64,000 bases of DNA from Nitrospina sp. (GTDB lineage: Bacteria; Nitrospinota; Nitrospinia; Nitrospinales; JACRGP01): NCBI GenBank assembly GCA_024648695.1, contig JACAVV010000006.1:164458-228457 (forward strand), written 5' to 3'. Position numbers and translations under genes: made by a program. Position 1 is the stretch's first letter, and every line of letters starts with the position of its first letter. Of the stretch, positions 1 through 10,611 are shown piece after piece. The notes beneath the pieces were generated by a model. That model saw only the letters and a list, made by a program, of their open reading frames with translations, was not told where the DNA came from and made no database searches.

Positions 1-174
1 GCAACAACCCAAATTAGAATTACCGTAAAGGTAATAAAATTTTATTATATATAAATTTTAATAAATTATGAAGGTTTATTTTTACCTGTTCCTGGGCTCA
101 ACAGGTTTCAACGAGGAATTCAAATGCAATCTAGACCTCGGTTTTTATTATGAATTTATCTACCCAAATATAGA

Positions 175-639
175 ATGTTTGATCCTTCCAAAATAAAATT
201 CAGATTTGCCTCTCAGCAGGATATTCCAACTGTGGTGGAATTTAATAAAAATATGGCCCTGGAAACTGAATCCAAAGTTCTGGATCCTGATATTTTAAAA
301 CGTGGCGTCCAACAAGCTCTTGCTAAACCTGAATTGTGCCGTTATTATGTTGCCGAATACATGCAAGCAGTCATTGGTCAGGTTATGATAACTTATGAGT
401 GGAGTGATTGGCGAAATTCGACCATATGGTGGCTTCAAAGTGTATATGTCCATCCAGATTACAGAGCCCGCGGTGTATTTCGCGGCTTGTTTCAGCATAT
501 AGCATCCATCGTAAAGGAATCCCAGGAAACAGGTTTAATACGCCTGTATGTTAAAGGGTCCAATAATAACGGACAAAGTGTTTACCAAACCCTGGGTTTT
601 GATTCAACCGGTTACCTGGTTTTTGAACGTCCCGTTTAA
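175..639 (+). CDS. GNAT family N-acetyltransferase
   Basis: 154 aa; acetyl-CoA motif A (VYVHPDYRARGVFRGL), EWSDWRN motif, C-terminal N..GQSVYQTLGF. Confidence 0.9.
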   Translation: MFDPSKIKFRFASQQDIPTVVEFNKNMALETESKVLDPDILKRGVQQALAKPELCRYYVAEYMQAVIGQVMITYEWSDWRNSTIWWLQSVYVHPDYRARGVFRGLFQHIASIVKESQETGLIRLYVKGSNNNGQSVYQTLGFDSTGYLVFERPV

Positions 640-703
640 AATCCGAAAATTATAATCCCTCACCTTTCTACTTTTTTAACTTGCCACCCTTAGCGTTTCC
701 CTA

Positions 704-2296
704 ATGGAAAGTCAAAAAAATGTAAGCCGTGCGGCTGGAACTGTTGGAAGTATGACCTTTGTATCACGGATTTTCGGGTTCATTCGGGATCTCGTCATCG
801 CCACCAAATTCGGATCCACAGCGGCCGCCGATGCTTTTTTTGTGGCTTTTCGTATTCCCAATTTGCAACGCCGGATTCTGGGAGAAGGTGCCGTCAGCGC
901 CGCCTTCATTCCAGTATTCAGTGAATATATGCAAACCGAAAAAGATCAGGAAGCCTGGAAACTGGCTTCGAATCTTTTTAACATTTTAAGTTTTATGCTT
1001 TTGATTTTTGCCCTGGGAATTTATTATCTGGCACCCTGGATCATCGCCCTGTTCGCTCCAGGGTTTAACGACGACCCTGAAAAATTCCAGCTCACCGTAA
1101 ACCTGCTGAAATGGATGGCCCCTTTTCTATTCTTCGTCGGTCTGGCCGCCTTTTGCATGGGAATACTAAACACTTGTAAAGTGTTCGCACTGTCTGCCGT
1201 TGCTCCCACATTATTGAATGTCTGCATGATTTCCAGTGCTTTGATGATCTCTCCAATGCTGGAGACACCCATTTATGGTCTTGTTATTGGAGTGGTGATA
1301 GGAGGAGCTTTACAGTTTTTTATCCAGTTGCCAAAGGTACTGGAAAAGGGATTTCACTTTTCGACCGCATTTAACTGGAAGCATCCTGGAATTATCAAAA
1401 TGGGGAAATTGATTGTCCCGGCCGTTTTGGGTCTGGCAGTGTATGAAATCAATATCCTGATTGACACCATATTGGCCTCACTATTGCCGGAAGGCTCTAT
1501 ATCCTATTTGTATTACGCCAACCGGCTGGTCCAGTTTCCCATCGGCATCTTCGGAGTCGCTTTGGGTGTGGCCTTACTGCCTACTCTTTCCGACCAGGCG
1601 GCAAAAAAAAACGTTTCCGACCTCATTAAAACTTTGGCATTTGGCATTCGCCTCATCCTGTTCATCAGTATCCCGGCAACAGCGGGTTTGATATTACTCA
1701 GATTTCCCATCATAAACACACTTTGGGAACGTGGGGAATTTACCCGCGCTTCCAGTGAAGGCACCGCGTACGCCTTGCTGTTTTATTCCCTGGGACTGTG
1801 CGCTTTTGCAGGCACCAAAGTGATCGTTTCCGCATTTTATTCGCTTCAAGATACGATGACTCCCGCAAAAATCGGCATCTATTCCATGATCCTCAATATC
1901 GTGTTTTGTCTGGTTTTGATGGGACCATTTCAGCATGGCGGCCTTGCACTGGCGACCTCGCTTTCGGCTCTTTTTAATGTGAGTTCATTACTCTATATAC
2001 TAAAAAAACGCCTGGGCCGAATGGGTGGCAGGAATATTCTGCGCTCTACGATAAAACTGATGTTTTCCACTTTTGTCATGGGACTATTTTTGATCGGGTT
2101 CAATCAAATGTTCTTTGACCCACAGGACTCCACTCCAATCAAATTACTTTGCCTGTCAGGAAATATTGTACTTGGGTCAGCGTTGTTTTATTTTATTTCG
2201 CACCTCATGAAGAATGAAGAGCTGGCATTTCTCATTAAATTAATACGGGAAAGGAAAGCCAGAACATCAGACATCCCTCCTTCAATAGATGACTGA
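704..2296 (+). CDS. murJ: Lipid II flippase MurJ (MviN)
   Basis: 530 aa polytopic membrane protein; SRIFGFIRD, ADAFFVAFRIPNLQRRILGEGA and YYANRLVQFP signatures. Confidence 0.97.
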   Translation: MESQKNVSRAAGTVGSMTFVSRIFGFIRDLVIATKFGSTAAADAFFVAFRIPNLQRRILGEGAVSAAFIPVFSEYMQTEKDQEAWKLASNLFNILSFMLLIFALGIYYLAPWIIALFAPGFNDDPEKFQLTVNLLKWMAPFLFFVGLAAFCMGILNTCKVFALSAVAPTLLNVCMISSALMISPMLETPIYGLVIGVVIGGALQFFIQLPKVLEKGFHFSTAFNWKHPGIIKMGKLIVPAVLGLAVYEINILIDTILASLLPEGSISYLYYANRLVQFPIGIFGVALGVALLPTLSDQAAKKNVSDLIKTLAFGIRLILFISIPATAGLILLRFPIINTLWERGEFTRASSEGTAYALLFYSLGLCAFAGTKVIVSAFYSLQDTMTPAKIGIYSMILNIVFCLVLMGPFQHGGLALATSLSALFNVSSLLYILKKRLGRMGGRNILRSTIKLMFSTFVMGLFLIGFNQMFFDPQDSTPIKLLCLSGNIVLGSALFYFISHLMKNEELAFLIKLIRERKARTSDIPPSIDD

Positions 2297-2319
2297 TTTC
2301 CATAAAATCAGGTTTCCCC

Positions 2320-2347
2320 TTGAGTTGGCCTCGTGTTTACATATAAT
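2320..2347 (+). promoter_or_regulatory. Putative sigma70 promoter for thrH
   Basis: TTGAGT-16 nt-TATAAT; AAAGGA SD just before the ATG at 2386. Confidence 0.5.
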
Positions 2348-2385
2348 ATCCCCTCGAACTTAAACGCTTTTGGAAAGGAAATGCC

Positions 2386-2994
2386 ATGTTAGCTTGTCTG
2401 GATCTGGAAGGAGTGCTTGTCCCCGAAATCTGGATTGCTTTTGCCGAGAAAACGGGAATCGAAAAATTGAAATTGACGACCCGGGACATCCCCGATTACG
2501 ACGAACTAATGCAAGGCCGCCTGAAAATTCTGAATGAGAATAATCTTAAACTTTCCGACATTCAGGAAGTGATCCAGCAAATCAAACCTCTGGAGGGGGC
2601 GAATGATTTCCTCAATTGGCTGAGAACGGAATTCCAGGTGATTATCCTTTCCGACACCTTTTATGAGTTTGCAGGGCCCTTAATGGCTCAACTGGGCTAT
2701 CCTACCCTGTTTTGTAATTATTTAATTGCAGACGAAAGCGGAAAAATCGTCAGCTACCGCTTGCGGCAAAAGGATGGAAAGACGAAAGCGATAAAAGCTT
2801 TCCAGAGCCTTAACTTTAAATGCATTGCGGCGGGAGATTCCTACAACGATACGGGTATGATTCAACAAGCGGAAGGTGGCATCTTTTTTTGTCCCCCGGA
2901 CTCCATTCTGGACGAGTTTCCACAGTATAAGGTCACACGAAACTACGAAGAGCTAAAGCAGGCCTTTCTGGAAACACGGGCGGATATCCCCTAA
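2386..2994 (+). CDS. thrH: Bifunctional phosphoserine phosphatase / homoserine phosphotransferase ThrH (HAD)
   Basis: CLDLEGVLVPEIWI, TTRDIPDYDELM, ILSDTFYEF and AAGDSYND motifs typical of ThrH. Confidence 0.95.
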   Translation: MLACLDLEGVLVPEIWIAFAEKTGIEKLKLTTRDIPDYDELMQGRLKILNENNLKLSDIQEVIQQIKPLEGANDFLNWLRTEFQVIILSDTFYEFAGPLMAQLGYPTLFCNYLIADESGKIVSYRLRQKDGKTKAIKAFQSLNFKCIAAGDSYNDTGMIQQAEGGIFFCPPDSILDEFPQYKVTRNYEELKQAFLETRADIP

Positions 2995-3001
2995 TGGACG
3001 C

Positions 3002-3514
3002 TCACTCGATTTTTGCAACCAGAAGAGTGCTGTAAATCCAGCCGGTGGTTTCACCCACCTTGATTTTGGTCCAGTTGCCCTTTTCCTCCAATACTTTCAC
3101 CCGCGTATCTTTTTCCAAAACGATTACTATTTTGCTTTTGACGGATCCGCGTTCCCGCACATTGGCCCGGTTGACGTTCACCCTGTGAAATACTTTATAG
3201 TCATCTTCCAGTGCAGGCTCTGGTGCCGGGCGTTCTGAGCTTTTGGTTTCGAGAACTTTATTCACCGGCTCCAAAACAGGGAGATCGTATTTGTAAATCA
3301 CCAGTCCCGAGAAAACCACCAGCATGATAACGATCAGAACAAAAGCCATGCCTAGGGACATGCCCTTCTCCTCCTTCGGTTCCTTCAAAACCGGAGGGCC
3401 GCAATTTGGGCAGAACAAGGCCTTCGGAGGCAATTGATGTTTACAAACAATGCAATAATTGTCCGATTCCAGAGGTGTGGCCTTTTGATTTCGGGTAATA
3501 TGAGGGTCCGGCAT
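3002..3514 (-). CDS. Zinc-ribbon / single TM / bacterial SH3 domain membrane protein
   Basis: CxxC...CxxC (CIVC, CPNC), one hydrophobic helix, C-terminal SH3b (ANVRER...GWIYSTL). Confidence 0.85.
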   Translation of the reverse strand: MPDPHITRNQKATPLESDNYCIVCKHQLPPKALFCPNCGPPVLKEPKEEKGMSLGMAFVLIVIMLVVFSGLVIYKYDLPVLEPVNKVLETKSSERPAPEPALEDDYKVFHRVNVNRANVRERGSVKSKIVIVLEKDTRVKVLEEKGNWTKIKVGETTGWIYSTLLVAKIE

Positions 3515-3521
3515 GGGTCGT

Positions 3522-5048
3522 TCAATTCAGCTGGTAAATCTCTGAGTACTTTTCATTTAAATAGCGGATAAATACATCTGCAGATAAAGGTTGGCCGGTG
3601 ACCTGTTGAACCAGTTCAGAGGTAGAATACAGCCTTCCCTTTGAATGAATGTTATCACGAAGCCAGGCTCTTATGGTGGCAAAATCACCCCGCTCCACCA
3701 ACTCCTCTACGTTGGGGATTTGTAACTTCAACGCCTGGAAAAACTGACAGGCATACATAGCGCCCAGAGTATAAGACGGAAAATAACCAAACAAACCACT
3801 GCTCCAATGCACATCCTGAAGCACCCCCTTGGCATCGCTTGGTGGACATATTCCCAGATACTTTTTCATTTTGCCATTCCAGATTTCCGGCAGATCATCA
3901 ACGGCCATCGATCCGTCGAACAAACCTTTTTCAATTTCATAACGGAGGATCACGTGAAGTGGGTACGTGACTTCATCCGCTTCCACTCGAATGAACGAAG
4001 GTTTACTGATATTGATAGCCCTGAAAAGTGCATCGGCTGATACCCGCTTCAGCGGATTCGGAAACGTTTCGCTGAACAGAGGTTGGTAACGCCGGGCAAA
4101 ACTTTTGCTCTGGGCAATCATGCGTTCCCAGAACAGGGATTGTGATTCATGAATGCCCATAGTCAGTGATTCCGCCACAGGCAAATTTCCCCATTCCTTT
4201 GGGCGGCCTTGTTCGTATAACCCGTGTCCGGTTTCGTGAATCACCGCGTAGAGCGACTCGATGAAATCGTCGTCCCGATAACGTGTTGTGATACGCACAT
4301 CCGTGGGGTGTCCACCGCCGCAAAAAGGATGAACCGCAACATCCATTCGGCCCTGATCAAAACAGAATCCCATATCTGTGCTTATTTGTTTTCCCAAAGC
4401 TTCCTGTTTTTCGATGGGGAATTTGCCTTCCAAAATGGAACCGTCCGGCTTATGATCACTTTCGGCAATCTGTTTGATAAGGGGAATCAACTCGGCTTTC
4501 AGGCCTTCAAACAGCGGATCCAGTTGCTCAATAGTCGCCCCCCGCTCAAAATCATCGAGGTTCACCTCGTATTCCGGGGTATTGGGGTCGATATGGTGGG
4601 CGTATTGTTTTTTCAAATCGATGAATTTACTCAGGACAGGAGCAAAATCCTTAAAGCTATTCTCCTGTCGGGCCTTCACCCAAACCTCGTGACCCCGCGA
4701 CGACAATTCGGCGATCTCCTGCACTAGAGATTTTGGAACCTTGGTCTCGCGTTCAAAATCACGTTGCGCCTCTTGGATATTGCGCCATTCAACCTCCGAA
4801 AATTGTGGCGATCCGGCATGGGCTAATTTACGTATCGTTTCCCCCACCTTTGTGTCGGTGGACTTTTCATGAATCACACCTGAAAGTGTAGCCAGTTGAT
4901 GCGCCCGTGCACCGCCACCACCCGAAGGCATGATAACCTCCTGATCCCAGTGTAAAACGCCCATTACCCCGGATAGGTGCGAGACCTCCTCCAGGTGATC
5001 AGCAAGCTGTTGATAGTCCTGTTTTAAATCATCCATATATAAACTCAA
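3522..5048 (-). CDS. Carboxypeptidase, peptidase M32 (Taq-like)
   Basis: HPF, DVRITTRY, HETGH, HESQ, IRVEADE and GYFPSY motifs; real start may be the ATG at 5036. Confidence 0.95.
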   Translation of the reverse strand: MSLYMDDLKQDYQQLADHLEEVSHLSGVMGVLHWDQEVIMPSGGGGARAHQLATLSGVIHEKSTDTKVGETIRKLAHAGSPQFSEVEWRNIQEAQRDFERETKVPKSLVQEIAELSSRGHEVWVKARQENSFKDFAPVLSKFIDLKKQYAHHIDPNTPEYEVNLDDFERGATIEQLDPLFEGLKAELIPLIKQIAESDHKPDGSILEGKFPIEKQEALGKQISTDMGFCFDQGRMDVAVHPFCGGGHPTDVRITTRYRDDDFIESLYAVIHETGHGLYEQGRPKEWGNLPVAESLTMGIHESQSLFWERMIAQSKSFARRYQPLFSETFPNPLKRVSADALFRAINISKPSFIRVEADEVTYPLHVILRYEIEKGLFDGSMAVDDLPEIWNGKMKKYLGICPPSDAKGVLQDVHWSSGLFGYFPSYTLGAMYACQFFQALKLQIPNVEELVERGDFATIRAWLRDNIHSKGRLYSTSELVQQVTGQPLSADVFIRYLNEKYSEIYQLN

Positions 5049-5109
5049 TTCCTTTATTGTAGATTTACAAATATTTTAAACCAGCCGACGCAAACCCTTC
5101 AAAAAAACA

Positions 5110-5138
5110 TTGAAACTCCGGGGCACCTCTCCTAGGAT
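5110..5138 (+). promoter_or_regulatory. Putative sigma70 promoter for the 5173 ORF
   Basis: TTGAAA-17 nt-TAGGAT; GAGGA SD before the ATG at 5173. Confidence 0.5.
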
Positions 5139-5172
5139 AAACACAAACCTTTAACCATTAAATGAGGAAACC

Positions 5173-5424
5173 ATGACCGACCACCCGGAAACAAAGGGAA
5201 CGATCCAGGGTCGACTGGACGTATTACGCAAACAATTAGTCAGCGAACAAAACTCCGTTCAATATTATCTCACCTTGCTGGAAAAAACGAACGAAGATTC
5301 CGAAGAAAACATCGGTGCCCGCAGAATTTACCAGGACCTCCACGAAGAGGAAAAGAAACACGTTAAATTTTTTGAAGAGCAAATCAAGTTCTGGGAACAA
5401 AAACTTGAAGAGGCTTCAGAATAA
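5173..5424 (+). CDS. Small two-helix ferritin/rubrerythrin-like protein
   Basis: 83 aa; E-x6-Y (EQNSVQYY) and EExxH (EEKKH) half di-iron motif; good SD. Confidence 0.7.
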   Translation: MTDHPETKGTIQGRLDVLRKQLVSEQNSVQYYLTLLEKTNEDSEENIGARRIYQDLHEEEKKHVKFFEEQIKFWEQKLEEASE

Positions 5425-5451
5425 TAATGAAGGATAGATAAGGGCCGATAA
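5425..5451 (+). promoter_or_regulatory. Putative sigma28 (FliA) promoter
   Basis: TAAT-N15-GCCGATAA against consensus TAAA-N15-GCCGATAA; followed by AAGGAG at 5472-5477. Confidence 0.55.
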
Positions 5452-5506
5452 ACCCCTGAACGAACTCAGGTAAGGAGAAGAACTTTTAAATCGTTTCAAA
5501 CACTCA

Positions 5507-6873
5507 GTGTTTGCTGGCGAAACCTTATTTACTGTAACCAGTGTTGAAATTGACCTAAACCCTGAAACCAGCGAAGAGAACGATTCATTAATTACCGGTT
5601 CCGGGACCGAAATTGGTACAGGTGAGGGCTTGGTCGAATACTTATGGAAGGTGAATCAACCCGACGGAACTGAAATTACCAGCAAGATACTTTCCACCAA
5701 CATGTTCAAGGGCACTTCTTCTATCTCTGAATACACCAGCTTCCCTACGGCGTCACCCGGTGACTATTCGGCACATATAGAGATTATCAGCCCAATAACT
5801 TCCCCGGTTGTACTATCCAACAAGGAAAACTACAAAGTGGTTGCCGATGAAACCCCTGAAATTGCCTGGGTATCCACTACATCTCAGTCGGATGAAAACG
5901 AAGAAATTATTGCCGTTGATTTGAGCTTAACGCATGAATCCCGCAAAGCCGTTTCTGTGAAGTATAGAGTAACGGGAACTGCCAATGGAAATGGCGAAGA
6001 TTACAAATTAAAAGATGACACGGTTACTTTTCCCCCAGGAAAAACCAATAAGCAGATTTCTCTTAACATAGTGGATGACATTCTGATTGAGCCGGACGAA
6101 ACAGTCATTCTGACCCTGTTCAAACCGGTAAATGCCACTTTGGGAGAAAACATCGTTTATACGCATACCATTTTAAATGACGATCTACCGCAAATTCAGT
6201 TTGTATCGGATTCCTCGTCGGTTAAGGAAACTGAAACCAACTGGTCTATACCGGTGTCCCTTTCACCGGCATCGATTGAGGAGGTGTCAGTTGATTATTC
6301 TGTAACCGGTGGGACCGCCACGGCAGACGAGGATTTTGAGCTTACAAACGGAACCTTGACCCTGGCCGCTAATGAAACCTCTGCCTCCATTGATGTATCA
6401 ATTTTCCTGGACGACCTGATCGAGGATAACGAAACGGTGGTGATTGAGCTTGCCGATCCCATAAACGCAAGCCGTGGCCTCTCATCGCATACCCTGACTA
6501 TCCAAAATGACGATACCGACGGACAATTATGGGTCAATTTTGGAGCGTTGAAATCCAAAGGGGAACAGTGTTTATCGTGACCAGCAATAATACAACGATC
6601 AATCCGACCACCCTCCCTAATGCCTTGTTCATGATCGGTTCAGAAACGATCTCGGGGCACGGATCGTTAAGAATTACCCCTTTATCCACTTCTCCAAATG
6701 AATTATCCGGTCTTCCTTCTTCTCCTGATCGCGGATATCCAGACATCACACAATTAAATTACTGGGGAGCTGTGGTAGTCCAGGGCACAGCGACCGGATT
6801 CGCAATGGAATTCATCGGCGACGGGCACGATTCCACAGCGTTCACCACACCAAATTTTAGCGGCTTGAATTAG
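5507..6873 (+). pseudogene. Calx-beta domain surface protein, apparently frameshifted (ORFs 5507-6580 and 6529-6873)
   Basis: Two Calx-beta repeats (VxYxVTG.TA...DY...GT.TF..GET...I...I.DD...E..ETV.L.L..P.NA......HT.TI.NDD); coding continues in the -1 frame near the GGGG run at ~6560; no usable start codon at SD spacing. Confidence 0.6.
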
Positions 6874-7016
6874 CCATTCATGTTAGATGGAGAATTTGCT
6901 TTAAACTCCAAAACAAAATCAAAAATCAAACCACGTCTTGATTTAAATATACTGGAGTTTTTAGAAAGGTAAAATATCAGGTAATCTGCTCACTATCCCT
7001 ACTTCTCAGCCAATTT

Positions 7017-9272
7017 TCAGGCCGCTTCGCCGGCTTTTTTGAAGTCGCATCCTTCGGCTTTGCAAATCAGGGATTTGCCTTCGTTACGCTTCCACTTTTC
7101 TACCAGATAAGGGGCTCCGCATTGGGGGCAAGGTTCGGCTACGGGTTTGTCCCAGGATACAAATTTGCAATTGGGATACTCACTGCAACCGTAAAAAGAG
7201 CGGCCTTTTTTAGATCGGCGTGACAGAACCTGGCCTTTGCACCCTTCTTCCGGGCAAGCTATTCCAAGACTGATGGGTTTGGTAAATTTACAATCGGGAT
7301 AACTGGAACAGGCAATGAACTTTCCAAACCGTCCCATTTTCATGACCAAAGTTCCACCGCATTTATCGCAACTGCCTTCAACGGATTCATTCATCGGACC
7401 TTTGCCATCGCCGTCGCCACCAATTTCCTTGGTGGATTTGCATTCCGGATAACCGGAACATGCCATGAACTTGCCGAACCGGCCCCATTTGATCACCATG
7501 GGTTTTTCGCATTTTTCGCAGACTTCATCAGTTTCTTCCACCTTACCCTTGATGTCGCGCATTTTTTCTTCGGCTTTTTCGAGGTCCTTTTGAAAGGGAT
7601 CGTAAAAAGATCGCAGGGTCTTCACCCATTCGGTTTTTCCGTCCTCGATAAGGTCGAGTTGGTCTTCCATATTTGCGGTAAATTCTTCAGTCATCAAATT
7701 GGGGAAGTTTTCAACCAGCAGTTCTGATACCAGGTCTCCCAGCTCGGACGGAAACAGTTTTCTTTCTTCAAGCTTGATATAGTCCCTGTCTTTAATAACC
7801 GAAATGATGGACGCATAGGTACTGGGTCGCCCTACCCCTTTTTCTTCGAGGGCTTTTACCAGGGTAGCTTCCGAATAGCGTGGAGGGGGTTGGGTGAAAT
7901 GTTGTTCTCCACCAATTTTCAACAACTCCAGCACATCCTTCTCTTTTAATGGAGGCAAAATACGGTCGGCTCCCAGGATTCCGTCACTCAACCGTTTGTC
8001 ATCCGATTCCAGATAGGCGCGGATGAATCCGTCAAATTTCAAAATGGAACCATTGGCCCGGAATATATAGTCTTTGCAGTGGATATCGAAATGAGTGGTA
8101 TCCAAAACCGCCGAAACCATTTGACAAGCGGTGAAGCGGACCCAAATCAATTCATACAAAAGGAAAAGGTCTTTCTCCAGCTTGCCCTTGATTTCTTTGG
8201 GAAGAATACTCACATCGGTCGGACGAATCGCCTCATGCGCTTCCTGCGCGCTTTTTTTGCTTTTAAAGGTATTCGGTTCCTTGGGAATATATTTCTCACC
8301 GTACAATTCCCCGATTTGATCCCGAACCGCGTCGACGGCTTCCTGTGCTATTCGAGTGGAATCGGTCCTCATATAGGTAATCAGACCTACGGTCCCTCGC
8401 TCTCCAATATCAATTCCTTCGTAAAGCCTTTGCGCCAGCATCATAGTCTTTTTGGGAGAAAAATTAAGTTTGCTGGACGCTTCCTGTTGCAGGGTACTGG
8501 TTATAAAAGGCGCGGAAGGGTTTCGCTTTCTTTCTTTTTTAACTATTTCCTTAAGGACGAATTCTCCACTCTCGACTTCCTTGAGGATTTTGTTGGCTGC
8601 CTCTTCATTACCAATCTCTGCTTTGTCGTTGCCGATTTTAAACAATTTGGCCTGAAACTCCGGCGGAGTTTCTCCTTTGAAGTCGGCGGTGATGGTCCAG
8701 TATTCTTCCGGTTTGAATTCCCTGATTTCTCTTTCCCGGTCGCAAACCATGCGCAGGGCAACCGACTGGACCCGCCCGGCACTCAATCCACGTTGCACCT
8801 TTTTCCATAAAAGCGGACTGATTTTATAACCGACCAATCGATCCAGAATCCTGCGAGCCTGCTGGGCATTCACTTTATTCGGGTTCAGTTCGGTGGGATG
8901 CTCAATCGCCTCGGTCACAGCGCGTTTGGTGATCTCATTAAACATGACACGGTAGATTTTACCTTTGGCGAACTTGGAAACTTCAGAAAATATATGATGA
9001 GCGATCGCTTCACCTTCACGATCCGGGTCCGGTGCCAGGTAGATGGTATCCGCTTTTTTGGCCGCCGTTTTTAATTCATTGAGGATTTTTCCCTTGCCCC
9101 GAATGGTAATGTAATCAGGCGCAAAATCATTATCGACATCCACGCCCAGTTTTTTCTTAGGCAAATCCTTGAGGTGCCCAACGGAAGCCTTCACCACAAA
9201 GTTTTTCCCTATGATCTTCTTCAGGGTCTGAACTTTTGTTGGAGACTCAACGATTAATAGAGACTTACCCAT
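7017..9272 (-). CDS. topA: DNA topoisomerase I
   Basis: TOPRIM IVESPTK and DPDREGE, SAGRVQS, active site LITYMRTDS, C-terminal C4 zinc ribbons. Confidence 0.98.
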   Translation of the reverse strand: MGKSLLIVESPTKVQTLKKIIGKNFVVKASVGHLKDLPKKKLGVDVDNDFAPDYITIRGKGKILNELKTAAKKADTIYLAPDPDREGEAIAHHIFSEVSKFAKGKIYRVMFNEITKRAVTEAIEHPTELNPNKVNAQQARRILDRLVGYKISPLLWKKVQRGLSAGRVQSVALRMVCDREREIREFKPEEYWTITADFKGETPPEFQAKLFKIGNDKAEIGNEEAANKILKEVESGEFVLKEIVKKERKRNPSAPFITSTLQQEASSKLNFSPKKTMMLAQRLYEGIDIGERGTVGLITYMRTDSTRIAQEAVDAVRDQIGELYGEKYIPKEPNTFKSKKSAQEAHEAIRPTDVSILPKEIKGKLEKDLFLLYELIWVRFTACQMVSAVLDTTHFDIHCKDYIFRANGSILKFDGFIRAYLESDDKRLSDGILGADRILPPLKEKDVLELLKIGGEQHFTQPPPRYSEATLVKALEEKGVGRPSTYASIISVIKDRDYIKLEERKLFPSELGDLVSELLVENFPNLMTEEFTANMEDQLDLIEDGKTEWVKTLRSFYDPFQKDLEKAEEKMRDIKGKVEETDEVCEKCEKPMVIKWGRFGKFMACSGYPECKSTKEIGGDGDGKGPMNESVEGSCDKCGGTLVMKMGRFGKFIACSSYPDCKFTKPISLGIACPEEGCKGQVLSRRSKKGRSFYGCSEYPNCKFVSWDKPVAEPCPQCGAPYLVEKWKRNEGKSLICKAEGCDFKKAGEAA

Positions 9273-9282
9273 AAATCCTCAT

Positions 9283-10434
9283 CTATATTCCTATGTTTGA
9301 AGAAAACATCTTTCCGTTCCTTTGATTCACCAGCCCCCTCAATTCCATTTCCACAAGAGTTGCGGAAACTTCTGAAGGATTCAATCCACTTTGTTCAATC
9401 AAAGTGTCTATATGCCGGTCTTCTTCCTTTAATAAGGAAAGGATTCTACTCTCACTATCTGAAATTGCAATTTCTTTCTCACTTTCAGGGTTTTGGGCAA
9501 AATTGCCGGTTTCCTGAATTTGAGGCAATTCCTCCAGGATAGATTCCACACCATCCACTAATTTGGCTCCCATTTTCAACAATCGATGCGTTCCCACGCT
9601 TTTTGAAGAAAATATGGACCCAGGCACTGCAAACACTTCACGGCTTTGCTCCAAAGCAAATTGCGCGGTGATCAGCGCCCCACTTTTTTCACCGGCCTCA
9701 ACAATAATCGTTCCTAATGACAAACCGCTGATCACACGGTTCCTTGCGGGAAAATTGTTTCTGTCTGGTTTAACCGACAAGGCAAATTCGGATATCACAG
9801 CGCCGTTTTCCTGAATTTTCTTTCTTAAAGAAAAGTTCTCAGGGGGATAGGTATGGGCCAGGCCATTGCCAAATACAGCTAGAGTTTTTCCTCCGGATGC
9901 AAGGGCTTGCCGGTGCGCCGTGGTATCAATTCCCCGCGCCATTCCACTCACAATGCAAATATTTCTATCGGCTAAACGCGAACACAGAAACTCTGTAACC
10001 TTTATTCCATAATTGCTTGGCGTACGCGCTCCAACCACCGAAATTGATATTGGAAAATGATTGAGAGACTCGCCCATAAAATACAAAACCGGGGGTGGAT
10101 CATAAATATTCTTTAATGCCTCCGGGTATTCCTTGCAATCCAGGGTACAAATCTCAGCACCCAGCTTTTTGGCCATCCTGAACTCACGTTGAACCTGTGA
10201 ATCGAAATCAAAAGCCAGGATTTCATTAGCTGTTTTGGGTCCGATTCCTTCCACTTCCATCAATTCGCCGCGTTTTGCCTTGAAAACGCATTTCGGTGTC
10301 TCAAACCTTTTTAGTAATCGGTGAAATAATGTTTTACCAACTCCTAAAACCATATTCAGACCCACCCAATACTCTTTCTCCACCGGGATCTGATCATCGG
10401 ACAATAGTCCTTCTGCACCTAGAGGCAAATTCAT
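9283..10434 (-). CDS. dprA: DNA processing protein DprA
   Basis: VVGAR, IVSGMARGID, FPARNRVISGLS, VEAGEKSGALITA; standard dprA-topA order. Confidence 0.97.
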   Translation of the reverse strand: MNLPLGAEGLLSDDQIPVEKEYWVGLNMVLGVGKTLFHRLLKRFETPKCVFKAKRGELMEVEGIGPKTANEILAFDFDSQVQREFRMAKKLGAEICTLDCKEYPEALKNIYDPPPVLYFMGESLNHFPISISVVGARTPSNYGIKVTEFLCSRLADRNICIVSGMARGIDTTAHRQALASGGKTLAVFGNGLAHTYPPENFSLRKKIQENGAVISEFALSVKPDRNNFPARNRVISGLSLGTIIVEAGEKSGALITAQFALEQSREVFAVPGSIFSSKSVGTHRLLKMGAKLVDGVESILEELPQIQETGNFAQNPESEKEIAISDSESRILSLLKEEDRHIDTLIEQSGLNPSEVSATLVEMELRGLVNQRNGKMFSSNIGI

Positions 10435-10516
10435 GGTCAGCTAATCTAATAATTTGAAAGAAATCGTATGAAACGCCCAAACCCCTTAACAGGTATCCAA
10501 GCATTCCCTGATTTAA

Positions 10517-10545
10517 AGGTTAGGGCAAGGATCAAACTCTGTCAA
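10517..10545 (-). promoter_or_regulatory. Putative sigma70 promoter for dprA-topA
   Basis: Minus strand TTGACA-17 nt-TAACCT. Confidence 0.55.
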
Positions 10546-10611
10546 GTTTTCATGATTAGGCTAGAGCCTTGGTTTTAATGACAGGATTTTCCGAATTGCG
10601 GGTGCAAAAAT

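Noticed and set aside
2386-2994. thrH and serB both present as a novel redundancy
   Set aside because: Co-occurrence is already known (e.g. Pseudomonas), and the genes are 50 kb apart.
6550-6570. Programmed -1 frameshift in the Calx-beta gene
   Set aside because: There is no correctly phased X XXY YYZ heptamer; a single-base loss in a G run or an assembly error is simpler.
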